Assembly (NCBI GenBank): GCA_000708835.1
Contig: DF237308.1
Location: 30,158 to 94,157 of the forward strand
Length of the DNA: 64,000 bases
Source: Klebsormidium nitens
Taxonomy: Eukaryota > Plantae > Klebsormidiophyceae
Reading direction: 5' to 3'
Shown here one piece after another: positions 10,501 through 21,492 of the stretch. The notes under the pieces were generated by a model, which had not been told where the DNA came from, made no database searches, and was given only the letters and a program-made list of their open reading frames with translations. Made by a program: the position numbers and the translations under genes. Every line of letters starts with the position of its first letter. The stretch's first letter is position 1.

Positions 10501-13157
10501 GCGCGCCGCAACCCGGAGTTCTCCTCGTGCAATACGCTGGCCACCTGACGCGTGAAAGACACGGGTTTCAATCTGTCGTGCTATTCACGGGATAGAGGCG
10601 CACCAGTTTGTCACCACTCAAAGAAACAAAGGCTCTGTCAACTCGGTCACACTGAAACGCTGCGCTTTCCTATCCCACTGTCTTGCAACGTCAAGTCCAT
10701 TGCATTGCCATGCTAGTAGCTACCAGAATCTCTGCGCGCTTCTCGCCTTTGTTTGCAGGAGACCCGTAAAGGGGAACAATTTTTCGTTGCCAGGGGCAAT
10801 AAGAGGGTACGGCGCGGCTCTGTACTTGCTCGAGGTGAGTTCTGCAGGTAGAGTCACGTGCGCATAGATGCAAAGGACTCCCTTTGCAATCTTGATCCTA
10901 GGGCGAAAGGCCGAGTTGGTGGGTGACCTGACAAGTATCATCTTGTTGCCCACCTTTCTGGAGTTGGCCAGCGCTTTTTGCAGCGCCGGCATCCTGCGGT
11001 GGATCTCGTGGAAGCACGCCCCAAACATCAGCTCCGCTTTCTCCGCCGCATCTGGCACACCACAGAACAGCCGGGGGGGAGTCAGCGCACGCGAAAAAAG
11101 CGGGCCCAATTTAAAACAAGTGGTCTATAATGCGTACAACGGGTGGATCCTTGTTGCCACCGCACGGGATATGAAGGAGAACAAAGCGACCAAAGCGACC
11201 AGAGCGACGCGTGTCTTGAAAGGGACGGCCCTAGATACACCGTTGGTCACTCTTGATCATTAGCAGTCTCGACAGAGGGTTACGGTGCTATCACGCACTC
11301 GAAGTGTTTCAAGTCGGGCAAACGTCAGCGAGGGCCGGACTGCCTGAACGGCTCATTCGACATCTTAGCGCGTCTGTAACTGCTCATGAAAGTCCATCCT
11401 TCGCTTCATACTCTTGCAGCGCACACACGAAGTCGCGTCTGATCGTCTCTGCCCATTACAATGAACTAGAGAACTAGAGAACTAAAGAATGGCAGGCTCG
11501 ATCGCCACTTATCCACGTTCCCAACACCACAGGCGAGAACTCGGTCCCTGCAAACGAGCACGTGTGTTTGCCGCCGTCCTCACCGCGTTCGCCCTGCCCC
11601 GCCTTCTTCAGGCTCTCCACCAGCAGCCCCTTAAACGCGGCCATCTCGCTGCGTGATGCGGCGCTGAGCATCGGGTACAAGCTCCTCTGCCACAGCGCAC
11701 TACTCTCTGCTCTCGTCGGCGGCACGGACCACGACCGCTCCTGAGCCACCCCCCCTGAGGAGTCCTTCCCTTGCACCCATGCCACTTCCGCATCCAGATC
11801 CGACTCGTTCATATGCCCGGCATGCTTCAAGTGGGTGTATTGCACTGTCTTGCTGCGGGTGTTCCCGTTTGGCAGCGGTTGCAGTGCCCGCTGAAGGGCA
11901 GGCCGCGAGCGCGGGCTGGCCAGCTCGTGCAGCTGCTCCAGCATCGCGGTCCGGACGCGGTCCTCCGCGCCGATGAGCAGCCCCGCGGCGTTCTCTGACA
12001 GCTCGGCGCCCCGTCGTTTGCTCCGTTTCGGGGGGCACGAGTGTGGGCCCTCCGCACCTCTTGAAGCTGGGACTTCCAGATCGTACTTGGTCGATGCTAG
12101 TGGGGATTGAGGGGTGGGCTCGGTCAGGTTGGGGGCTGCAAGAACAGAGGGCCCGTGCCGAGCAAAAGATAGGACGCTCCGGGATGGGCTCGGGTAAAGG
12201 GCTTCTTCGGCAGGGTCCAGGCTGTCCTGGCATGGAAGGTGGTTCGTGAGGGCACTGATACTGTGCCGGGAGAGGGGCACCTGCGGCCTGCAAGTGGCAA
12301 AAAGGAGGGTGAATGTTGAGAACACCGTAATGCTGTATTGTTGCAGCTTACCACTCATTATTATTCTTGGAGGTTCGAGATATCAGCATTCATGAAACAA
12401 GGTCCCTAGGAAATATAAAACTATCCATACAATCTTCAGAAAGATTTCTTTACTTACCACAGATTACCACTTTAACCAGAAAGGGGGCTCTGCAATGCTG
12501 CATCGCACGGTTTGAAAGAAACGATTGACAAGGAAAACATGTCCCCTACCTGGTGTCATTCTCCCCGTTTTCCTCATTCGCCCCGTTTGAGTTCCCTCCC
12601 ACGGGTATCTTCACTTCATGTCCAGCTGGCCTCAACTTCGAAGGAGTCTTTGCTCTGGCTCTTGTTACGACTGGCCGCAGGCGCTCTGCCTCAATGCTCT
12701 CTGTTAGCAACCGCGCGTACGGACTCTTTCTCCCTTTTGGCTTTGCCTCTTGTGCACTCGGCGCCCCCATCTCATTCTCATGCGAGTAGCTGTTCCCTTG
12801 CGTGCTCAGGGCTCCCAACTGCTCCTCGGACGCCGCCTTGCTTTCCCACGCAGCTTCAGCCTTCCCCTCAAACGAGCTCCGTTTACTTCGCCCCAGGCTC
12901 CGCTCTCGCGCAGCTTTCAGGTTGTCCAGCTGCTTATGCCCCACCCAGGGGATGTTCGGAGGTGACTTGTGGCCGCCGGAAAGAGGGGGCAGCGCCGGAA
13001 CCATGGCCTCATGATCAGACGACTGCGCAGCATTCGCGTCGAGCATCAAGCTTTTTACCCCTCGCTCTGGACCCATATTGCTTTGCGGCGAGGACAGTTG
13101 GAGCGGGCTTGGAGCTGCTTTGACCGGCCCAGGAGGCCGTCTCTCATACGGGCTCAT
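4527..13157 (-). CDS. Uncharacterised ~1910-aa protein: disordered and coiled-coil regions, one Calx-beta domain, a helical module and a degenerate EF-hand-like C-terminus; 10 exons
   Basis: Phase-consistent exon chain 13157-12550, 12287-11584, 11051-10954, 10544-10382, ~10256-8175, 7930-7768, 7495-6628, 6222-5995, 5695-5057, 4706-4527 (5733 nt, ends TAA). The start codon and the exon-5 acceptor are the least certain parts. Confidence 0.75.
5797..5884. repeat. Intronic nested direct and inverted repeat (foldback)
   Basis: TGCTGCCTACATAGACCACTTGC (5797-5819) recurs at 5862-5884 with 1 mismatch. Inverted partial copies GGTCTACGTAGGCAG (5825-5839) and GGTCTATGTAG (5839-5849) lie between. Confidence 0.9.
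7288..7892 (-). other. Calx-beta domain split by intron 7496-7767
   Basis: Spliced translation GGIRFLATQCAALLGDEQVELRVERTGGARGEVGVHYLTLDG|SAHAGLDFASTEGLLTWPEGAVGPQSIWVQLLEDEFGEGEQEFSVVLRLEGQTEAVLLGDQTARVTVSG fits the Calx-beta pattern VxVxRxGG..G.V.V.Y.T.DGSA.AG.DF....G.L.F..G...I.V.I.DD..E..E.F.V.L. Confidence 0.85.
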
Positions 13158-13799
13158 GGGCGCCACCCTTGGTATTCACTGGTACTCACATTCTTGCCAC
13201 CAGCAGGTTTCTACAGTGCAGAGAGAGGCGCGCTTTGCTTCAGCTCCCCGACTTGCTTGTCACGTACAGAAGTTACAAGCAATGTGGCAGCAGCTCGCAC
13301 GTCGACTCGGGTTCAAGATATTCTCTGACACTTCTACTTACTTACATCTACTAGGAGGATCTAATGCCTGCCAATGCGGAGCCTGGCTCCTGAGGCAGCA
13401 GATACTGCAATCCAGTTCGTGGAGTCCCAGTATCTGCTTGCCGAAGCCCCATGAATATTGCTGAAACCTTATATTGAGTACCTAGGTGGTGCATTTGTAC
13501 CAAGAAAAATGAACGTCCTCTTCTTGGCTTTGATCTTGAGCCAGTACTGGCACTGGTATGCACAGAAGCCTGGACTCTGCTCTGGATCACTGCATATTTA
13601 TGGAGCTCGGGTGGACCGTCAGCCGTACGGGCTGAGTTCGTTCCCACAATGGCCAGCTGACAAGATCAAACTGCGCGCGCAAGACGCATTTAAAATATCC
13701 ACGTCCAAGAATGGAGAACGACTAACCGTACAAGAGTTTCACCGTCGATGGAGCGGCTGGCCTACCGTACCGCTCTGGTGAAGTTCATCCTGTGAGACT

Positions 13800-15700
13800 G
13801 GATATCGTAATGTGCATTACTCGGTGCACTGTAGTATGGTAGTACTAAGTACGTTAGAGAGGGCTCAATTCAGTTGATTAGTTGTCTCACATGAGTCTCA
13901 CGGCATCATCGTTCCACTGCAGTCTCTGAGTAATTCAATCGAATGGCTGGTATCAAGCACTTTCAAGCTCTTACTCAGGCTTGGCAGTCTGATTTAAGCT
14001 TTTAAGTTAAGAGCCTGCCGTCTCTTTAAAAGCTAGAATGTTCGGTTTCATCGTGTACGATTGCTATCGGAGCGTTCCAACGATGTCCCCGTGCCGTTGC
14101 TGATCATCGTTGCGGAGTAGTTCCTTCAAAGGCAAGTTCGACCAGTATCATTTCAAGGTAATGAATTGTACGCGTGCGAGGGCGACATCAAGAACGGTCA
14201 CTAAGTACTATGTTTGCATCACAGTGGGCTACATGATTGGGGGCCCTGCCGCATGATAAAGTTTACATAGCACATGAATATGTGTAGTAGGTTACAGTCA
14301 ATAACTAATTTTTGCATGAGGTACGGTAGCGACCACGCTACCAGTACCCGGGCCGCCCGAGCTGTTGAATAACTTCATAGTTCAGATCTCATGCTTTGAG
14401 CTTTTGCAACGCGCAACTGTAAGCTAGTGGCGCGCGGATGTATTGTAGCTAGAGGCTAGATGCATGAATTGTTACTAGCTAGATAACATTCATGCAAGTG
14501 TATCATGCACTGTTACCTTGAACGTCGGATGCTTAGCATGATTTGATGATTGGAATGTATAACTTGACATTTATACAATTTAGTTGAGTCTATGCAATTA
14601 GATCTTGCGCGCATTGAATGACAAGATGCGTCATGACGTGTGAACTGTATATGATGCAAAGCACGTGATTTATCTTCTAATCTTAATGATGCATTCTCTT
14701 TTCAAAACGCCGTAGCCACATGAGCCACAGGCTTCCATGGCTTATACATGGGAATCAATGCTCGAGTTCCGAACGCCTAGCTACGTCCTACCGAATCTCC
14801 ATGTGCTAACTTAGTCCAAATCTAGCTCCGAGCTATTCATGGCATATTTATGTGGTCCATGCAATGGACTGAGATACGTATGCTAGCAAGATTGCTACAA
14901 ATAATTGCGGCTAGAATAAAACGGTTGGAACTAGGATTAGTACTAAGTAGCAGACGGCGGCTAGCGATGTGCCAGCTATCTCGGAAGGATGTCTGAGACC
15001 GCAGTCGGACCGAGAAGGTGCATGAGCATGGATCATTGTAGTGTTTTGGTACATATGCTACATGTGCCGGCCAGTATAAAGCTTTGGGCCCCGTACTTCA
15101 CAGTTTCGGGGATCACTTCACCGTCGTGGAGCTAGGGAAAGAGGTACCAATATAGGCCGACATGATCGCGGCCAATGGCCGGTTGCGCACATGCAGTACA
15201 TGACGCGCGATCCGATGATGTTGCGCGTGCTCCGGGTCGATCATTCATCTTGCTGAGTCGGCCGTTGTACTGGATCCCACATGTGCAACGTACATCAACT
15301 AAGCTGACAGTTGCTCATTCAGCAGTGGAGCGGTGCCGACATTCCAAAGTTTGCTTCAATCAGGATATGCTTGGGCCGGAAATAGCGAACAACGTCGCCC
15401 AGGACGTATTGACATGAAACGTTGTGACATGTGCATTACGCCGTTATGATCTCAATAGGGCCTGCTGCGTGCAGGCCCTATCATTCCTGTCGAGACAAAT
15501 TGATTCCGACTGCAATCATTACCCGGCAACAATGACAACGTGACAGGGCTGAAGTACGAATGGCAACCGTGCACCAATTCAGGAAGGTTTGATTTTGATC
15601 ATCTTCTACATGCACGAGTCATTCCAAGTACATCCTTCGGAAGTAGAGCTCCTAGCCCTACGTACTGTCAATCACTTCAGTGACATGGCAAGCACCACAG
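13800..15700. other. Degenerate intergenic tract with a cytosine-deamination-like signature (probable ancient repeat relic)
   Basis: No credible ORF. Hand count in 14401-14700: TGCA 7, CATG 5, CTAG 5, against about 1.2 each expected under uniform composition. Boundaries approximate. Confidence 0.5.
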
Positions 15701-15844
15701 CACTTGACAACGGGCACTTCAACAGATAGAATTGGGACTTGGCAATGTAACAATACGACGGACTCAGAGCTTGCTGATTCCGCCGATGTCATCCGCAGAT
15801 GTTGCCATCACTCAGCGATCAAACACCAAAAGAATGTCCGTCTT

Positions 15845-18800
15845 TCAAGGTTGCAGCAAAAACTTGAATATGTCTGTTAGTGTGATTATCCCCTCGACTC
15901 GCCTACTACCTGCTTCTACGCAAACGATCCTCCGAACACCTGCAGAACATGGTGTAAGAATTTAAAAGACTCAATGACCAGAGACATCTGCCTGTGTGCA
16001 CGGCTCCAAAAGCTATTTGCTTTCTGATGACACGTATTACAGGCTGGGTGGGTTTCTCGTGACTAGAGGTCTCAGCAGAACGAAATCACGAGTTCGATAT
16101 CTGCAGAACACATTTTCGGACTTGTGACATCCTTCCAACCCATCACCAGCTGTATCAGGAATTCAACACTTGAACTCATGGATGACGGCAAATCAGGACA
16201 ATTGTAAACACCAAGAAATCTCACCTGGAATCGTCAGTTTTTCTACTACGGTCCGTAATGAGTCGGAACGGAGGCAGATATTGTATCGCTGTCCGATGCC
16301 CCCCCCAGCTCCACCCCCAAGCCCGCTGGTGTCTTGGTTTCGATACGAGAGAGCCTGCAGAGCACAATAAGGTTTGAACACCGCACACCGCACATCGTAG
16401 AGGCGAGAAAAGGCTACTGCACCGGGGCTTTTCCTACATCTAAAGCCGCCTACTTCGTGTGTTACATTCAAAAGCAGAAACGAAGGCCCATCCACAGACA
16501 GCCCCTGCTAAGGTCCTGGATAGATGGCATAACCAAGGTCGAGCTGACTATACCACGTGGGAAAAAGACGGAGGTTATACGAACCTCCTACTGAAGCCAA
16601 CTTCTGAGAGATTCAAGGTGCTCCTTGCAGCTTTCATGAGTCGGGGGTAGATTTTAGCGCGCACGCTATTTTCAACCCTCACCTCTTTTAGCGTCAGATC
16701 TTGCAGTTGCCGCCGTGTGTAGATTCGGTCACGAGCAAGTGACGTGATGTCGTTGCGGGCATAAACGTCTACCAACGCACCATTATCGTCAACTACAGGC
16801 AGTGCGCTGACATCAACTGCAACCCGAGACAACAAGATTAGGACTAACCAGCTAAGAAAGCCCATCGTCAACAAAATCTCCGGCTTGCTTGTTGTGCTCG
16901 ATGGGGTGAAGTGCGTTGAATTCATCGAAAAAGGGCTGGCTAATTCCCGATCGCGTTCACAACAGCCGTATGTACTTCCGTAATTGCTTTGCAAGCTCAA
17001 TCAAGCACCATTGAACGCTCCAATTGACTAGGACCTTTTACTCGGTAGCAGCAACTCTGGTCGAGCATCTTCAGTGCAAGAAACGCAAGGCCGAAGCAAA
17101 CTTCAAAGTCATCCTGCAAAGAAACGTCCCACGAGGGGTGTCTTGCATTGGAAAACTTCATGTCGCGTCAGGCTGTGCAGGCAGGACGCAACGCTCACCC
17201 GCCAGCAGGGCGTCTAGGGCCTGGTTCAAGCGGTCCCGCTCCCGCACTACGCACAGCTGGCGGAGACCGGGACGACCAGTGTCCGCTGCACAACAAGCGC
17301 CACGCCCCTGGTGACCATTGATGGTAGAGCACGGAACCAATTGTGGGTGGTGCTGAGCTCAGCAGGGTTAGCAATGTTGAGGCGACAGCACGACACCATT
17401 GCATACAAGAAGCATGGCGCTGGAGATCGTTCTGGAGTTCGCAAAAGCTTTTGAAGGCAACTAACAACACTGAGCGTCTCCAAAACCGCAACTAGAAAGA
17501 AAGCAATCCATCACGCACCTGCCCAGGTTCCCAGCGGCAGGGCAGCCAAAGGGTGGTTGAAGAGGGGGAGAGAGTTGGGAACGTGGCGGAAATGCCGTCC
17601 TATACCTGCACACGATAGCGGGCCAATTGAGCGTGATATGGGAAAGGGCTGACAACCTGGAAACATGAAGACGTTACGCTTGGAATGGTCAAGCGAACTG
17701 TGGATCATCAACCAAGAAGACGCTCTCGTCAAGCCTTGCGAGCTTTCGCAAGCCGACCCAAGCAACAGCTTATAGACGCGCCTAACATTGCTTCCATCGC
17801 ATTGAAAAAACCTCTAGATGGCCGCCTATCGGACGCCAGCGAACAGAGTTAGTGCTTTGCTAACAAAGTAACCTTCCATAATGCGGCCGTTTGTTTCTCA
17901 ATTTCACAAGCCTCGACTGCCCTCAGACATCCGACACAACCAGAGCCTTCCAATCATGAAGCTCTTTGAGCAACAGGAGTTCAGCAGGCAGAACTTTATG
18001 ATGGTGCCCTCACATTTGAGCACCCCCGAGAGGGACGCCAGGTGCAGCAGCTGCTGGCAGCCGCCCTCCTGCTGGCTGGCCCACGCCAACACGGGCAAGG
18101 TCGCAACGCCTGCTTCCAACAGCTTGTCCGCCAACTTGCGCAAGCTCTCATCCGGCTCCACCGACACCAGCGCCGGCCGGCTCTGGTCTCTCGCCCCCGC
18201 CTGCGCCTGCGCCGCCGCTTTCTCCTCTTTCCACGCTGCAATCGTGTGCGTCTCGAGCTCCTCTTCACTCAGCACTGCCCCCGTGCTGTTGATCTGGCGC
18301 AGGATGGTGATGAAGTCGCTCGCGCTGAGCATGCCCACAAACTGCTGCGACTCAACGTCCCAGAGTGGGGCTGACGGAACCGCCTGCTCGTAGAGCGCAT
18401 GGAAGGCCTGCTTCACAGGCAGGGTCACGTCCAGCGCCACCACCTTCCCGCTCTCCGGTAGCAATTCGTACACCGTGTGCCGGTTCAAGAAGTCCGCGAC
18501 CCGCTGCTTTGTCGCGTCTGCATCGCTTAGGCCCCCTACCGGGGTGTCCGACGGGATGGACACCGCTCTTTCTAGCCCAGGCGCGGCGGCATCATTTGCC
18601 ACGGGCTGGAAGTGCGAGCTGGAGCTCGGCGGCAAGGCAGCGTCTGGCTGCGGCAGGGGGGCCTGCGGTTCCTGCGCTAAGGGGGGATGGGCAGGGCCCT
18701 GCTGGTGGGGGTGCTGTGGTGGGAGGGGCTGTTGCGGAATATNNNNNNNNNNNNNNNNNNNNNNNNNNNNNNNNNNNNNNNNNNNNNNNNNNNNNNNNNN

Positions 18801-20553
18801 NNNNNNNNNNNNNNNNNNNNNNNNNNNNNNNNNNNNNNNNNNNNNNNNNNNNNNNNNNNNNNNNNNNNNNNNNNNNNNNNNNNNNNNNNNNNNNNNNNNN
18901 NNNNNNNNNNNNNNNNNNNNNNNNNNNNNNNNNNNNNNNNNNNNNNNNNNNNNNNNNNNNNNNNNNNNNNNNNNNNNNNNNNNNNNNNNNNNNNNNNNNN
19001 NNNNNNNNNNNNNNNNNNNNNNNNNNNNNNNNNNNNNNNNNNNNNNNNNNNNNNNNNNNNNNNNNNNNNNNNNNNNNNNNNNNNNNNNNNNNNNNNNNNN
19101 NNNNNNNNNNNNNNNNNNNNNNNNNNNNNNNNNNNNNNNNNNNNNNNNNNNNNNNNNNNNNNNNNNNNNNNNNNNNNNNNNNNNNNNNNNNNNNNNNNNN
19201 NNNNNNNNNNNNNNNNNNNNNNNNNNNNNNNNNNNNNNNNNNNNNNNNNNNNNNNNNNNNNNNNNNNNNNNNNNNNNNNNNNNNNNNNNNNNNNNNNNNN
19301 NNNNNNNNNNNNNNNNNNNNNNNNNNNNNNNNNNNNNNNNNNNNNNNNNNNNNTTTGGGGGGCAGCGACTGGTGGGGTGGGGGGTGGAGCTGCTGTGGGG
19401 GGGCAACTTCAGCCTCATCCACATCCATACGGACACCCCCTCCTTGCTGGTCAGGCCCCTGCTGGACATGCTGGGCCTGCTGGGGATCAACCGGAAGAGG
19501 CTCCGGCTCTTTCACCAGGAGCAGATTGTTGACGTTGCCGAGGGGGTCACGGATGCTGTGCTGGGCGTCGTCATGGCGCCACTCCCCGTCCACAATGAAC
19601 TTGTACTGCAGAGGAGAGGCCGCAAAGCAGTTCACCATCTGCGCACTACGATCAATACAATCTTCCAAAAGTACTGCTAAGGAAACGCCCAGTCAAGACA
19701 TCCATCAACTTATACCAAGTCAAATGCGTAATGCATGCTGCCGATCGCTGTTTCTGAATGAGCACCACAGCTTGTACGTTAACGGTCAGCACGAAATCCG
19801 GCAAATTGCAAGGTACGCTCCCCGGGGCCACTCACCTGGTGGTAGCCAGGAGGCAGACTACAGACGACAGCGAACCAATTGTGGTGCCCATCTACCGGCG
19901 ACATGGGCAGTGTTTCTCGCCACCTGCACGTACAGACATTTGCTTCGCAACTTCTGCTGACACTCAACCAGTGACCCACTGGCCAGCTTTTGTCACCAAA
20001 TTCTGCCTCGGAAGCACAAACAATCCAAGGGAGGAATGCGAGCAGAAATAACATGCGATGAAATGTGAGGAAAACAGGAGGAGAAACAGGAAAAAGCAAC
20101 AAAAAATGTTAAGAAACCCACTCAAGGCGGCTTGGAAACTGCCAGATGTACAGCCGTGAGCACAAATGCACTGTAAGCGCAACTGACTTGCCCAAAATGC
20201 AGTAAGTGGTCTACGGTCTACGGTCTACGGTCTAAAAAAATGAGCACAGAGCAGTAAGTAAGCTATTGCTGGCAATCTGGACACCAAACAACGAAATGAT
20301 GACACTCTACGCAAAAGTTGAGGCTCGTTCAAGATGGCAAGCACGTCAAACCATTACCAATTGTTCAGTTCCCAAGGCTGCTCCAAGAAGGATACCAATA
20401 TGGCCCACCAAGGTCCTCACATTGAGCTTGAATATAATGACAGAACAGACAGCTCAAGTCTCACCTGGTGAATGAGCCGCACAAGTGAACATGCCTTCCT
20501 CCATAAGGCCACACAAATCTTGTCGGTATGAGGATGGCACCCTCCCCGTACAT
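15845..20553 (-). CDS. SNF4: SnRK1 regulatory beta-gamma subunit (SNF4; CBM48 plus 4 CBS), interrupted by an assembly gap
   Basis: Exon 1 (20553-20465) [30 protein letters not shown]. Later exons give [12 protein letters not shown]...[52 protein letters not shown]...[58 protein letters not shown]. Last exon (15939-15845) [30 protein letters not shown]. Confidence 0.96.
18743..19353. other. Assembly gap (611 N)
   Basis: Run of n; it falls inside the low-complexity Pro/Gln-rich exon of SNF4. Confidence 1.
20208..20234. repeat. Heptamer tandem repeat (GGTCTAC)x~3.9 in SNF4 intron 1
   Basis: ggtctacggtctacggtctacggtcta seen directly. Confidence 0.95.
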
Positions 20554-21492
20554 CGTGACTTCTGTCTAAACTCCAACAACAGGTGGATAGAAATCTCAAT
20601 ATGCCGTGGACATGTCTCCTACATGCTGACTGAAGGTTGTCCCCTGGTGCTCATAAAGCCCTCCGAAATTCCTCTAGAACACCGAATTCATCTTAGAAAA
20701 GCAGTGTCCTACCGGAGCACCTAGCGGCCCCTGCCAGCGTTTTGAACAAGAAAGACCACACAGATTGCATTTCCCTTCGACTTTTCCTTACAATCTCAGC
20801 ACCAAGTTCCCTGACCGCCGAGCTCAAGACTGACCCGTTTCTAAGTTGAGATGTTTACCGCTTGCGCCAAAAGCCTGAGCTTCTCTGCATTGACACTGCG
20901 ATCCCTCCTTGCACCTCGCCCGCCAAGAAAAGGTAAAACAGGGGAGTTTCAGCAGCAAAATGCCAGGCGGCCGATTATGATTGTGCACTCAGCGCGCCAT
21001 CTTCCTCATGTCAAACTAGGGCAGAGTGCTTTTTGCCGCGACAGTGGACGAAGTATATTAATCACGGTAGAGACGGCGCCGTCGTGGCAAGAAGGCACTT
21101 GAGAATCAGAGACTCTCGTGAACTCCCAGCCAGAGAAAACAACTTCTCTGTTCAATAGCTCGCAAAAGTTGTAAAACCGACGGCTACAGATCGTCGGCGG
21201 GTTCCAGATTTAGTCTGTTCAGAGTGCCACGTAGGCTTATCCATGCCCCCCCCATCGCAGCGTGGATGTAAATCTGCAGCGCGCTAGGAAAGAAAAGCAG
21301 GTGACGTACTGAACTGCAAAGCGCCTTGAAAAGGCGACTTTTTGGCGCCTGCAAATGCAGCAGTGCGCACGGTAGAGGGTCACGTCGCTTAGTCAGGAGG
21401 CGTCTAGTTTCGTATCTTTATAGTTAGCCCTGTGAACCTCGTTGATCACTGTCTTTTGTGGTTGCTGAGCAGCTGGATAGAATTGTTGCACA

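Noticed and set aside
16575-17000. ORF that looks like a secreted protein ([17 protein letters not shown]...)
   Set aside because: The hydrophobic leader is intron sequence. The following [23 protein letters not shown] is a SNF4 CBS exon with a proper acceptor and donor.
17904-19960. Long ORFs crossing the N run
   Set aside because: Artefacts of translating Ns; frame across the gap is undefined.
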